A DNA stretch of 33,746 nt, taken from positions 1 through 33,746 of IMG/VR virus record IMGVR_UViG_3300032103_000281. One strand, written 5' to 3'. The notes beneath the pieces are model-generated. The model was not told where the DNA came from, made no database searches, and saw nothing but the letters and a program-made list of their open reading frames with translations. The DNA comes from a virus (lineage: Duplodnaviria > Caudoviricetes). This document shows positions 1 to 8,311 of the stretch, piece after piece. Positions within the stretch are counted from its first letter, which is position 1. Each line of letters begins with the position of its first letter. The translations under genes and the position numbers were made by a program.

Positions 1-61
1 AACCACCATATGCAGTTCTAATGTTTTCTAGTGAAATTGCACCAGTTGATGGTAATGTCAT
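1..61 (-). CDS. 5' end of a putative tail-fibre/adhesin-like virion protein (partial, runs off window)
   Basis: ATG at 61, reads MTLPSTGAISLENIRTAYGG; AAAGGA RBS upstream; this N-terminal motif is common in phage fibre/adhesin proteins; near-identical to the gene starting at 33664. Confidence 0.6.
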   Translation of the reverse strand, partial: MTLPSTGAISLENIRTAYGG

Positions 62-81
62 TTATCGCTTCCTTTAATTGT

Positions 82-597
82 TTATCGAAGTGTGTCTTTT
101 AGATTCCAAATTTTTGCATATGTACCTTGGACGTGTGCCATTAAAGCACCAGCCAATGCCAAAACTTCTGATTGGCTCAGCTGTACGGTGGTGTTATCTT
201 TTTTACGAACATCTACCTTACTATTAGCCGGCAGCATACCAACTTGCCAGGCTAGCAAAAATGCCTGAACTTGAGATTGGAATACAGTATCACAATGATA
301 AACACCGCCACTATATGTAAATCCCAATTCTAAGAATTTTTCTCTAATATCATTAAGTGCCCGGTCTACAGATTCTTTATTTGTAGTTAGGCCCCATTCT
401 TGACGATACGTATAATCATACCCCTCTGGAATTACATTAATTGGGGTTAGACCGATGTCCTCGTCTGTAATAAAAAGAAAAGCAGAACAGTCGGGTTTTT
501 GTGCAATATTAAAAACTACACGCTGAACACGATTTCCTGACATTGGGTCACCGAATACTTCTTGCATTTGTGACGCTTGAATTTCATATAATTTCAT
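82..597 (-). CDS. Tail-fibre assembly-associated protein with C-terminal DUF4376-like domain
   Basis: C-terminal half GFTYSGGVYHCD...DNTTVQLSQSEVLALAGALMAHVQ..Y..IW.LKD resembles DUF4376; GGAGAG RBS favours ATG at 597; TAAATA at 623-628. Confidence 0.6.
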   Translation of the reverse strand: MKLYEIQASQMQEVFGDPMSGNRVQRVVFNIAQKPDCSAFLFITDEDIGLTPINVIPEGYDYTYRQEWGLTTNKESVDRALNDIREKFLELGFTYSGGVYHCDTVFQSQVQAFLLAWQVGMLPANSKVDVRKKDNTTVQLSQSEVLALAGALMAHVQGTYAKIWNLKDTLR

Positions 598-629
598 CAA
601 AGCTCTCCTAGAGTTATTTTTCTATTTAT

Positions 630-679
630 CGAATTGAACGCAAAACCAATCAGATCCACAAATCGCTGTAGGTGGTTCA
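630..679 (+). mobile_element. Minimal IS200/IS605-type relic (left end plus right-end-like GGTGGTTCA)
   Basis: TATTTAT|CGAATTGAACGCAAAACCAATCAGATC matches the left-end consensus seen at 1411, 1659, 13413, 24906 and 30572. Confidence 0.45.
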
Positions 680-1327
680 CTCGGTTACACCAATCTTTAA
701 CGTTTCTGGCGTGATATTGAGCTTGAGTGGCTCAACACTATCACTCGTGAGTAATTGCACATGCTCGACGCTTGCACTTGGTAAAATCATTTGTGTTTCT
801 ATTGGAATGAGTCCAATTTGTTTTAGTGCATTAAACGTAACAGGATTCGACATCGCGTTTCTTAACTTTGCCGGCGAAGGACGACCGTTTGCAATGATTT
901 CAGCTTGTATTTCTCTTGCAATCATAACCGTGAATTCATGAGCAGCATTAGCTTCAAACATATCATCATCCGAATACCCAGGGATACGGCTAGGTTCTGC
1001 AATGTCATAAAGCTCTTGTAAGTATTTTTCGAGGCACGCGATTTCTTTTTTGTTTAGTTCGAAACTTTCGCTGAGATCATCTTGAACAGATTCAGCTTCT
1101 AATAAATCGGCACGTAAACGGAAAATAACATGAGGGAGTGCGTTTGATTCCTCTGCATGTTTTAATTCGGCGCGAAGAGCTTCTAGTTTATAGTTTCCAA
1201 CTTCCTGAAGTGCCGCAGCACGTTTACGGCCGATTAAAAAGTTTTTGATATGATAAATCTTAGTCCAAGGTGTTTGGCCTTCTACTTGGGTGCGATAATT
1301 AAACTCAGAATTAAGACGTGATGCCAT
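677..1327 (-). CDS. Phage hypothetical helical/coiled-coil protein
   Basis: 216-aa ORF with AAGGA RBS; helical, charged sequence; lies upstream of fibre-associated genes. Confidence 0.75.
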   Translation of the reverse strand: MASRLNSEFNYRTQVEGQTPWTKIYHIKNFLIGRKRAAALQEVGNYKLEALRAELKHAEESNALPHVIFRLRADLLEAESVQDDLSESFELNKKEIACLEKYLQELYDIAEPSRIPGYSDDDMFEANAAHEFTVMIAREIQAEIIANGRPSPAKLRNAMSNPVTFNALKQIGLIPIETQMILPSASVEHVQLLTSDSVEPLKLNITPETLKIGVTE

Positions 1328-1362
1328 TTATTTTTCCTTTATCATTTGAAGTGCAATACCAG

Positions 1363-1411
1363 TGGACTACCTTCGGCGGTCTAAGGGTCCAGTAGTTTTG
1401 CGCTCGATTCA
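1363..1411 (-). mobile_element. Minimal IS200/IS605-type relic
   Basis: Minus strand reads TATTTAT|TGAATCGAGCGCAAAACTACTGGACCCTTAG...GGTAGTCCA, closely matching the left end at 13413-13448 (AAAACTACTGGATCTTTGG). Confidence 0.5.
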
Positions 1412-1418
1412 ATAAATA

Positions 1419-1537
1419 TTTACTGCATCGCGCTCGTGGCAGCATGTTTTCTGTTACCTCACTAATGTTTTGTACAAGAAATCGATCCCGCAATCATCCA
1501 GTAGAGTCCTCCCATTTTTAAGATGGGGATCTTGTTC
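1419..1537 (+). mobile_element. Possible degenerate tnpB/IS605 relic with right-end hairpin
   Basis: GAGTCCTCCCATTTTAAGATGGGGA hairpin (about 1505-1529) resembles IS605-family right ends; weak VQEIDP fragment just upstream. Confidence 0.35.
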
Positions 1538-1544
1538 GGCAATT

Positions 1545-1659
1545 GGAACCGATCTAAAAACATAGCGGCCCATTAGTCAGTAAGCAAAGAGACAATAGTA
1601 AAATTCACTCGCTCTTACATTCACACGACCAAAGAATGCGCAGCTTTGCGCTCGATTCA
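1545..1659 (-). mobile_element. IS200/IS605-type relic
   Basis: Minus strand TATTTAC|TGAATCGAGCGCAAAGCTGCGCATTCTTTGG; accounts for the ~21-bp direct repeat of 1397-1418 and 1646-1666. Confidence 0.45.
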
Positions 1660-1660
1660 G

Positions 1661-1666
1661 TAAATA
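1661..1666 (+). promoter_or_regulatory. Late promoter motif TAAATA (T4 gp55-type TATAAATA-like)
   Basis: 5 nt upstream of ATG 1672. The same motif precedes late genes at 623, 8204, 10742, 11562, 13406, 15583, 24602, 24899, 28134, 30565 (minus) and 33575 (plus). Confidence 0.7.
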
Positions 1667-1671
1667 CACTC

Positions 1672-2835
1672 ATGCCTAGACTATCACTTTGGCGGGAAAA
1701 TAAGTCCCACGATTACAAATTCATCGACCGAGCTATTTCCGAGCGTTATACAATCGGAGGCACTGCTGCCTATGTTCACAAATACATTGGACCAAAAGAC
1801 ACCGGGCCCTCCACCGACAAAACACAACCACAATATACCGAACAATCTATCTTTAACATTCAGGATCTACTGTTTCTCGAAAATAGAGATAGAAAATACG
1901 ACGAAAATATTTATCAGCTAAGGGCAGTTTATACTAGATCAGACACCGAGTTTGACTTATCACAGTTCGGGCTATTCATCGCCAATGGTGCAATGTTTAT
2001 GACATTCCATCTCAACGACATGGCTGAGATTTTAGGAAGAAAGCTCATGAACGGCGATGTTATTGAATTACCTCACCTCCGCGACGATCATGTCGATGAT
2101 TCATTAGAACACTCGTTAAAAAGATTCTACACTGTAACAGATGCTTCTTGGCCAGCAGAAGGATTCTCACCCACATGGTATCCCCATCTCTGGAGAGTAA
2201 AATTAACACCGCTAGTTGATTCCCAAGAATACAAAGATATTCTCGATCGCCTCAAAGACGAAGATGGCGACAAGATTGCCACATCAACATTAGAAGGCCT
2301 ACTCAACATTAACCAGGCAATTGTTGATCAAGCCAACATTGATGTTAAACTATCAGGACAAGAAACACAGCATCTATACACTAAGCCAAACGTTAGCGAC
2401 TCTGAGTTTGGCCATTCGAAGTCTGTATTTGAGGATCGTTCTATGGCAGGAGAAGACACCGACACCACAGACCAAACCGAATTATATACCCCGCGCGGAA
2501 CAGCATATGACGGTTATATGCACGGCGACGGTTATTCACCAAACGGACATCCTGTGTCGGTGGGAACATCCTTCCCAACAAATGCTTCTATCGGCGACTA
2601 TCATTTGCGAGTAGATTTCCAGCCACAGCGATTGTTTAGATTTGACAGTAGACGTTGGGTTAGGGTAGAAGATGTAGTTAGAACATCGCTCAATCGCGGC
2701 CCAGGTAACCTCAACCAAAGAAGTACATTTGTCAATAACGATAATACTTACATTGATGAAAATGGTATTGAACACCCAGAGAAACAATCAATGTATGAGG
2801 CTGTTGCATTTAAAGCCAAACCAGACGAAAGTTAA
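1672..2835 (+). CDS. Neck/head-completion protein, T4 gp14-like
   Basis: Start MPRLSLWR follows TAAATA; FDLSQFGLF...FMTFH...GDVIELPHL pattern; lies directly upstream of the gp15-like gene. Confidence 0.6.
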   Translation: MPRLSLWRENKSHDYKFIDRAISERYTIGGTAAYVHKYIGPKDTGPSTDKTQPQYTEQSIFNIQDLLFLENRDRKYDENIYQLRAVYTRSDTEFDLSQFGLFIANGAMFMTFHLNDMAEILGRKLMNGDVIELPHLRDDHVDDSLEHSLKRFYTVTDASWPAEGFSPTWYPHLWRVKLTPLVDSQEYKDILDRLKDEDGDKIATSTLEGLLNINQAIVDQANIDVKLSGQETQHLYTKPNVSDSEFGHSKSVFEDRSMAGEDTDTTDQTELYTPRGTAYDGYMHGDGYSPNGHPVSVGTSFPTNASIGDYHLRVDFQPQRLFRFDSRRWVRVEDVVRTSLNRGPGNLNQRSTFVNNDNTYIDENGIEHPEKQSMYEAVAFKAKPDES

Positions 2836-2837
2836 TT

Positions 2838-4253
2838 ATGGAATTAGAAGGTTATTTTTACTCAGGACAGATTAGGCGATTCTTGATACAGTTTATCAGG
2901 GCTGTATCGGGGTTCCAGGTGGAAATTGGTCGAGACGACTTAGGCAATCCGTTTTATCAGCAGGTTCCTGTTATCTACGGAGACTCTTCTCGTCAAGTTG
3001 CGCAACTACTAATAAACAATTCGGAAAATACGTTACCAACAACACCGTGTATTTCAGTGTATATAAGCGAACTTAAATACGATCGAGAGCGGTTAATCAA
3101 TCCAACTCACGTAAGTAAGCTTCATTTACACGAAAGAAGCTTCGATCTTGAAACGCAAGAATACTCAACTACCTTAGGTGATTCTTTTACTGTAGAACGC
3201 TTAGTCCCAGTTCCATACACGTTGGGTATTAAAATGGACATTTGGACTAGTAGCTCTTCACAAAAATTACAAATTGTTGAACAAATATCAACTCTTTTTA
3301 ATCCAGCACTAGAAATACAATCCACCGATAACTATGTTGACTGGACTTCTATTACAGCAATTTTCCTAGAAGGGACCACATGGACATCGAGGTCAGTTCC
3401 AATCGGAACAAACGACCCGATCGACATTTACACATATTCATTTAGATTACCAATTTGGCTTGCCCCGCCAGCTAAAGTTAAGAAAATGAATGTTATTCAT
3501 AAGATTATTGCAGATGTATTTGACGACTCTGGTAACTATAACTCAGATCTAGTTGGGGAATCAATAATTGATGCTTCTGGAACGTTAATTACAGGGAATC
3601 AATTAATTAGAAAGGTAATTACACCATCGAATGCTCGTCTGATTTATCAGGGCAACACTTTACAATTATTGCGAGATCGTGATCGTCTAGTCAATGGTAA
3701 ATTACACTTTGAAGTTGGTAAAACTGCTCCGGCCTCTTGGGCTGCATTATTAGAACAATACGGAAAAATAACCCCAGGATATACTCAAATTCGCCTAATG
3801 CAGGAAGCAACTGGGACAGAGGTCATCGGAACTATAGCACTCCACCCCGCAGACGATAACCTACTATTATTCACTGTATTTCCTGATACTATTCCATCTA
3901 ATACACTAGATCCAGTCGACGGAATTATTGACCCGTTTAAGGTTAAAGTAGACGACTTTTTGGACCCAGAACCAGGCGTTAGATACATTATTTTAGACAG
4001 AATCGGCGACGATAGTAACGCAGAGGCTGCTATTGCGTGGGATGGCGAGAACGGCATTCCTTTAGTTGCTAACCCAAACGATATTATCGAATACAACGGA
4101 ACCAACTGGTTTGTTGCATTTTCGCCAGGCGAAGGTCCACAGTATGTAACTAACCTAAGAAATAGTGCCCAATATAGGTGGGATGTTAATGTCGGGTGGG
4201 TTAAGTCAGTTGAGGGCTTTTATAATAACGGGCAGTGGAGAATTATCCTTTGA
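2838..4253 (+). CDS. Tail sheath stabiliser / tail terminator, T4 gp15-like, with C-terminal extension
   Basis: YFYSGQIRRFLIQF, VPVIYG, PVPYTL..KMDIW, QIVEQI..LFNP motifs typical of the gp15 family. Confidence 0.8.
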   Translation: MELEGYFYSGQIRRFLIQFIRAVSGFQVEIGRDDLGNPFYQQVPVIYGDSSRQVAQLLINNSENTLPTTPCISVYISELKYDRERLINPTHVSKLHLHERSFDLETQEYSTTLGDSFTVERLVPVPYTLGIKMDIWTSSSSQKLQIVEQISTLFNPALEIQSTDNYVDWTSITAIFLEGTTWTSRSVPIGTNDPIDIYTYSFRLPIWLAPPAKVKKMNVIHKIIADVFDDSGNYNSDLVGESIIDASGTLITGNQLIRKVITPSNARLIYQGNTLQLLRDRDRLVNGKLHFEVGKTAPASWAALLEQYGKITPGYTQIRLMQEATGTEVIGTIALHPADDNLLLFTVFPDTIPSNTLDPVDGIIDPFKVKVDDFLDPEPGVRYIILDRIGDDSNAEAAIAWDGENGIPLVANPNDIIEYNGTNWFVAFSPGEGPQYVTNLRNSAQYRWDVNVGWVKSVEGFYNNGQWRIIL

Positions 4254-4687
4254 TCGACAATGCCGGTGCGTTAATCTACTCTAGGTCAACTAATCGATTT
4301 CTTTTTGTTCGTCGTGCAGCAGACAAAAGACACAAAGGAACGTGGGGTATTGTTGGCGGAAGATTAAACCCGGGAGAAGATGCCAACCAAGGACTACGTA
4401 GAGAAATAGCAGAAGAAGTATCACTCACATTGCTCGAGTATTCTATTATTATTCCATTGACTGTTTACAACTCAGATGATAAACTATTTTCTTATCAAAC
4501 ATTTGTTGTAGTAGTGAACGATGAGTTTATACCAAAGCTAAACGACGAGCACAGCGGATATGCATGGACGAAAATAGAAGGATTTCCTAGACCACTACAT
4601 CCCGGCGTTTGGAAAACAGTTAATTTTGATGAAGTCACAGAAAAACTAAGGACAATTGAAGGCCTGTTCGGTCAGCAACGTCCTTAG
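4235..4687 (+). CDS. Nudix hydrolase
   Basis: Nudix box GGRLNPGEDANQGLRREIAEEV; LNDEHSGYAW C-terminal motif; start codon uncertain (GTG, overlaps gp15). Confidence 0.88.
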   Translation: MENYPLIDNAGALIYSRSTNRFLFVRRAADKRHKGTWGIVGGRLNPGEDANQGLRREIAEEVSLTLLEYSIIIPLTVYNSDDKLFSYQTFVVVVNDEFIPKLNDEHSGYAWTKIEGFPRPLHPGVWKTVNFDEVTEKLRTIEGLFGQQRP

Positions 4688-4689
4688 TC

Positions 4690-4886
4690 CTTCCCATCCC
4701 GGTGAGGAAGTCTTAAATTATATTACTACGCATATTAGGCGAGATACAAGCAACGAAACTCAAACTGTGATACAATGCATAAAATGACGCCATCTGAACG
4801 TGAATATGCGTTTATGATTAGTGTGGTTTGATACTATAGTTATCTCAGTTGAAAGAGGTGCGTGTTTTTAGGCACGCAACGCCTCA
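4690..4886 (+). mobile_element. Degenerate tnpB C-terminal fragment with right-end hairpin
   Basis: 4760-4807 translates SNCDTMHKMTPSEREY, followed by TGTGGTTTGATA (CGLI); DNA aligns with 13672-13736; hairpin TGCGTG-TTTTTAGG-CACGCA at 4859-4878 may also act as terminator between convergent genes. Confidence 0.6.
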
Positions 4887-6170
4887 CTTCTTTGTTTCTT
4901 TTTTAAGTTCGTCTAAGCGAGACTGATAATCTAAAAGTTTTTGATACATTTCTCTGGCGGCTTCACGACTAGTTACCTTCTTTGTCTGTTTTGGTTCTGT
5001 CTTAATCACCTCTGTACTGCGAGCTTCGTAATCGGGAACCTTTAGTTTGTCGGATTTAATTACCTCAGCTGACTGTTTCATATCGGCAGTTTTAGGCAGT
5101 GGCTTAGGAAGAGCTGGGTTAACTACTTCTATCTTTTCGTTAGAGTCGTCTTCTTTCTCTTCATCTCGCAAAAAATACTTATCCTTAGGCTTAGGCTTCT
5201 TGGCGTTGGCAGGATTAGTGATAGATGCTTTAGCAATATCGATCCACGATTTTTCTGGCTTAGTTCCAGCGGCAGTATTTGGCGCCCCTGGAATATCGTC
5301 TGAAGTCCGTTCTGACTCCACTAAACCCGACTTAGCTCGTGATTTTTTCTTTTTAATCTCAAAATCTTTAACTAAACGAAACGATTCAGTTAGTGCATAT
5401 CCTTTTGGTGCTTTTAACATTACATCAGGGTGACCACTGTTTTTTGCTGTTCCGATTTTTAAACTACCAACAGCTAAGTTATGCTTTTCGACTAAATCCT
5501 GTAATGTTGCTTTAGACAATGCAACATCACCAACGATTTCACCACGATGCTTCATTGTATCCCACTCTAACATTACTTCTAACTTAGAACCAGCTTTAAT
5601 TGCAATACCATCTGATCTTTCTAATATAAAGATATCGCCGGATTTCTTTACAATAAATCCGTTTTCTGATTTTTTAAGGACACCGCTTTTTCGAATGTTT
5701 TCTAGCGCGTCATCGGTGTCAATACCTTCTACTAACTGGGTAAACTTCTCGCTAAGGTCTTTCTTCGTCTTTTTGGGTGTTTTTGATTCAGTTATTGACG
5801 ATTTTGATGCATTTGACTCCCTAATTTCGTCATTGATATCATATTCGTCCGAAAGTTCAACACGGCTGCGAAAACCGGTAAATTCGGGCTCTGGAACGAA
5901 TTCAATGTTTTCGCTAAATGGAGTAAACACTTTACCATCAACAACAATTTCCATCTTCGCACCATACACGCCAGGAGCAAGCTTACCTTCCATTTTTGGG
6001 ACGATAACTTTTAGCGTATTTTCGTTAATTTGCTGACACTTACAACTATAATCAAAATCTTTGCCTTCAATAATAAAACGAATACTATCGGCCGAATTTC
6101 TAATACCGCCAATACTAACTTCAAATTCTAGATCTTTTTGTTCTGTTAGTTCAATTGTTGTTAGTACCAT
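4884..6170 (-). CDS. Hypothetical Lys/Glu-rich protein, possibly a processed head/internal protein
   Basis: 428-aa ORF; folded-looking N-terminal ~90 aa, then a charged low-complexity region with IRES, ITES, LVEG, LTES, LVES motifs. Confidence 0.7.
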   Translation of the reverse strand: MVLTTIELTEQKDLEFEVSIGGIRNSADSIRFIIEGKDFDYSCKCQQINENTLKVIVPKMEGKLAPGVYGAKMEIVVDGKVFTPFSENIEFVPEPEFTGFRSRVELSDEYDINDEIRESNASKSSITESKTPKKTKKDLSEKFTQLVEGIDTDDALENIRKSGVLKKSENGFIVKKSGDIFILERSDGIAIKAGSKLEVMLEWDTMKHRGEIVGDVALSKATLQDLVEKHNLAVGSLKIGTAKNSGHPDVMLKAPKGYALTESFRLVKDFEIKKKKSRAKSGLVESERTSDDIPGAPNTAAGTKPEKSWIDIAKASITNPANAKKPKPKDKYFLRDEEKEDDSNEKIEVVNPALPKPLPKTADMKQSAEVIKSDKLKVPDYEARSTEVIKTEPKQTKKVTSREAAREMYQKLLDYQSRLDELKKETKK

Positions 6171-6171
6171 C

Positions 6172-6597
6172 TTATTTTCCTTTCGCCTTACTATCTTTGC
6201 TGCTACTGACCTTCTTTAATGTAACTTTGGCTTCCGAAACAATCTTCTGGCGAACAGACGGCTTAAACATAACAGAAACCTTCTCATTTGCATAAGGCAT
6301 TTCGAAAGTTGGGAGCCTAGTTTCTTGTTCCCATTCGCTATCTTTATATTTAACTCTTAGCCAAACAATACGCTCTGGAACTGGAGTATAATAGTTTGGT
6401 GCAGGAATAACCGTACCGCCGCTTATCTCTTTGGCGCAATCATTCGAAGTTTCCAAGACGAAGAAACTATCAGACCCCTCAAGGTAGAGGTAGGAGTCGT
6501 TCTCTTGTAATAATGGCGAGCAAATAGACATATTAATATTTACCGAATCGGTCGTAAAGCCGCACATAGGCTTTGCTCGGCATGTTTTTAGATACAA
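6172..6597 (-). CDS. Hypothetical protein
   Basis: 141-aa ORF tightly packed between co-oriented genes; start uncertain. Confidence 0.6.
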   Translation of the reverse strand: MYLKTCRAKPMCGFTTDSVNINMSICSPLLQENDSYLYLEGSDSFFVLETSNDCAKEISGGTVIPAPNYYTPVPERIVWLRVKYKDSEWEQETRLPTFEMPYANEKVSVMFKPSVRQKIVSEAKVTLKKVSSSKDSKAKGK

Positions 6598-6610
6598 GGC
6601 GGTTCGCCAA

Positions 6611-7072
6611 TTACCTAGCCAGCGGAATTTCGTGTGCTTGAATTGGATTATTTAGGATTTGATTGGCTCTACCTTGACCAATAATGCCAAACTGCTCTAA
6701 CATTCGAACACCCTGTATAGTATCTGCCCTGTCTAATTCAATGGCTGTGGCAGCGGCAGAATCAGCCCCCATAACCCGCAACATTGCTGACATTTGACGC
6801 CGTTCGGTTGGTGCTGTTGGATCATCAATCGAAGCCAAATCAATCGCAACCTTTTCTACTATAGAAAAACGATTACGAAATGCCAACACAGTGATTCGTC
6901 TAGAAGTGTGTCGCGGGTTGGCTTGAATCCACGCATCTAGTGCTTCTTTTGATGGCAACGGTGCACCAGCACTCCACACAAGATTGTTGTAATCAAAAGG
7001 ATCGCCAAATGCGTGACACTGAACACCTGGGAAACCCACTGCGATTGCTTCTACATAGTTATAATGTTCCAT
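6611..7072 (-). CDS. Putative tail-fibre assembly chaperone
   Basis: Directly downstream of a fibre gene; EAI...FPG...YNNLVW....LPSKEAL N-terminus and RRITVLAFRNRF...EK.AI domain resemble small fibre-associated phage proteins. Confidence 0.55.
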   Translation of the reverse strand: MEHYNYVEAIAVGFPGVQCHAFGDPFDYNNLVWSAGAPLPSKEALDAWIQANPRHTSRRITVLAFRNRFSIVEKVAIDLASIDDPTAPTERRQMSAMLRVMGADSAAATAIELDRADTIQGVRMLEQFGIIGQGRANQILNNPIQAHEIPLAR

Positions 7073-7088
7073 TTTTTGCTTTCAATTC

Positions 7089-8174
7089 TCAAATATATTC
7101 CACAATTGACCAAACCGTTCTTACAGACCCACCAAAGCCCATCGTCGAGACCTGTCCGCTCGTGACGAACCAAGTTCCGGCCCCGCCACCGATTCCTGCA
7201 CGAACCGACAATGTTACTGGGCTAGTGGTGTTTGGGCTATAGACGTAGTCAAGCGAGATAGTGTCTGGTTGACTTGCATTCAGCCAAACCGCAGCAGCAT
7301 TAAGAAATGTTGCTCCGGCAAACAAGGTTAATATGTATGCCCGGCTGCTCGTTGCAACTGCACCCATCGAGGTAATACTAAATTTTAACTTCGACGCAGT
7401 TGATTTTGGTGTAAGTGTGAAAGATAAAATCTCAGTACCTTGCGTGTTAGTTGGTGTTGCATTGGTTACAATTGTAGTATTTCCAGTTACGAATCCAATT
7501 GTTCCAGAATAGAAGCTAGCAACTAGCGGAAATCGATTAACCCACTCAGTACCATTGTGAACTAATGTATGGCCGTTTAACGGGCTTGTAATTGTTACAT
7601 CATTAAAGTCAGTAATGTTATTATTACTAACGACCCATTCCCAGTTTGCAATATTGTTAAGAATGCTTACCGACGAAGTGTGCGAAGAAATACACCGATG
7701 AATTCGTTTGGTTGCTGGATCATATACCACATCCCCAACAATGTAGTTTATCCCCGCTGCCCAATTGTGAATTGACCCCAGTTGTAGATTACGATTCGGC
7801 ACCGTAAGTGTTCTAGTAGTAGAAGGCGAAATAGCCGATACTTCGAGCGCCATTTGTTTGGTGGCATCAGCATTATCATGGACTCTAAACAGGCTATCAG
7901 ATACTGTCGACAGAGACCCGCCTGTTGACCAAACCAAATTACCTGCACCGTCGGTAGCAGGAACTTGGCCAGCAATACCGTCTGTAGCAGGCAAAGTCCA
8001 TGTTACATTGCTAGTTGCGGCCGGGTTCGATCTGAGCGCCTGGTAAAAATTAGAGGCATTAACAAATCGTGCTTCTGGCGATCTTACTGTGCCGTTCGGA
8101 TCAATTACGTCTGTGTAATTAACACCAACGCTTACGCCGTTTTTGGCGTTGAATCTTTTGTTAGTTGTTGTCAT
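7089..8174 (-). CDS. Tail fibre-like protein with a CBM5/12-like carbohydrate-binding motif
   Basis: WTLPATDG..GQV..TDGAGNLVW fibre repeat; WAAGINYIVGDVVY...HRCISSHTS module; DFNDVTITSPLNGHTLVHNGTEWVN repeat; Thr/Ser/Gly-rich. Confidence 0.7.
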   Translation of the reverse strand: MTTTNKRFNAKNGVSVGVNYTDVIDPNGTVRSPEARFVNASNFYQALRSNPAATSNVTWTLPATDGIAGQVPATDGAGNLVWSTGGSLSTVSDSLFRVHDNADATKQMALEVSAISPSTTRTLTVPNRNLQLGSIHNWAAGINYIVGDVVYDPATKRIHRCISSHTSSVSILNNIANWEWVVSNNNITDFNDVTITSPLNGHTLVHNGTEWVNRFPLVASFYSGTIGFVTGNTTIVTNATPTNTQGTEILSFTLTPKSTASKLKFSITSMGAVATSSRAYILTLFAGATFLNAAAVWLNASQPDTISLDYVYSPNTTSPVTLSVRAGIGGGAGTWFVTSGQVSTMGFGGSVRTVWSIVEYI

Positions 8175-8253
8175 TGGTTCTCATGTCCCCAAGTGTGATA
8201 CGTTATTTATCAGATAACTGGCGCGGAGTTTAATCATTCGTAATTTCGTTAAA

Positions 8254-8281
8254 AAACAGGGTATATCTCTATACCCTGTTT
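8254..8281 (-). terminator. Intrinsic terminator after the long fibre gene
   Basis: 12-bp perfect stem AAACAGGGTATA/TATACCCTGTTT, GAGA loop on minus strand, followed by a T run. Confidence 0.8.
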
Positions 8282-8311
8282 GTTCACACCTTTAAATTAC
8301 TGTAGTAGCAA

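Noticed and set aside
1397-1666. 21-bp direct repeat as CRISPR repeat or target-site duplication
   Set aside because: Only two copies about 250 bp apart; better explained as promoter plus IS left end occurring twice
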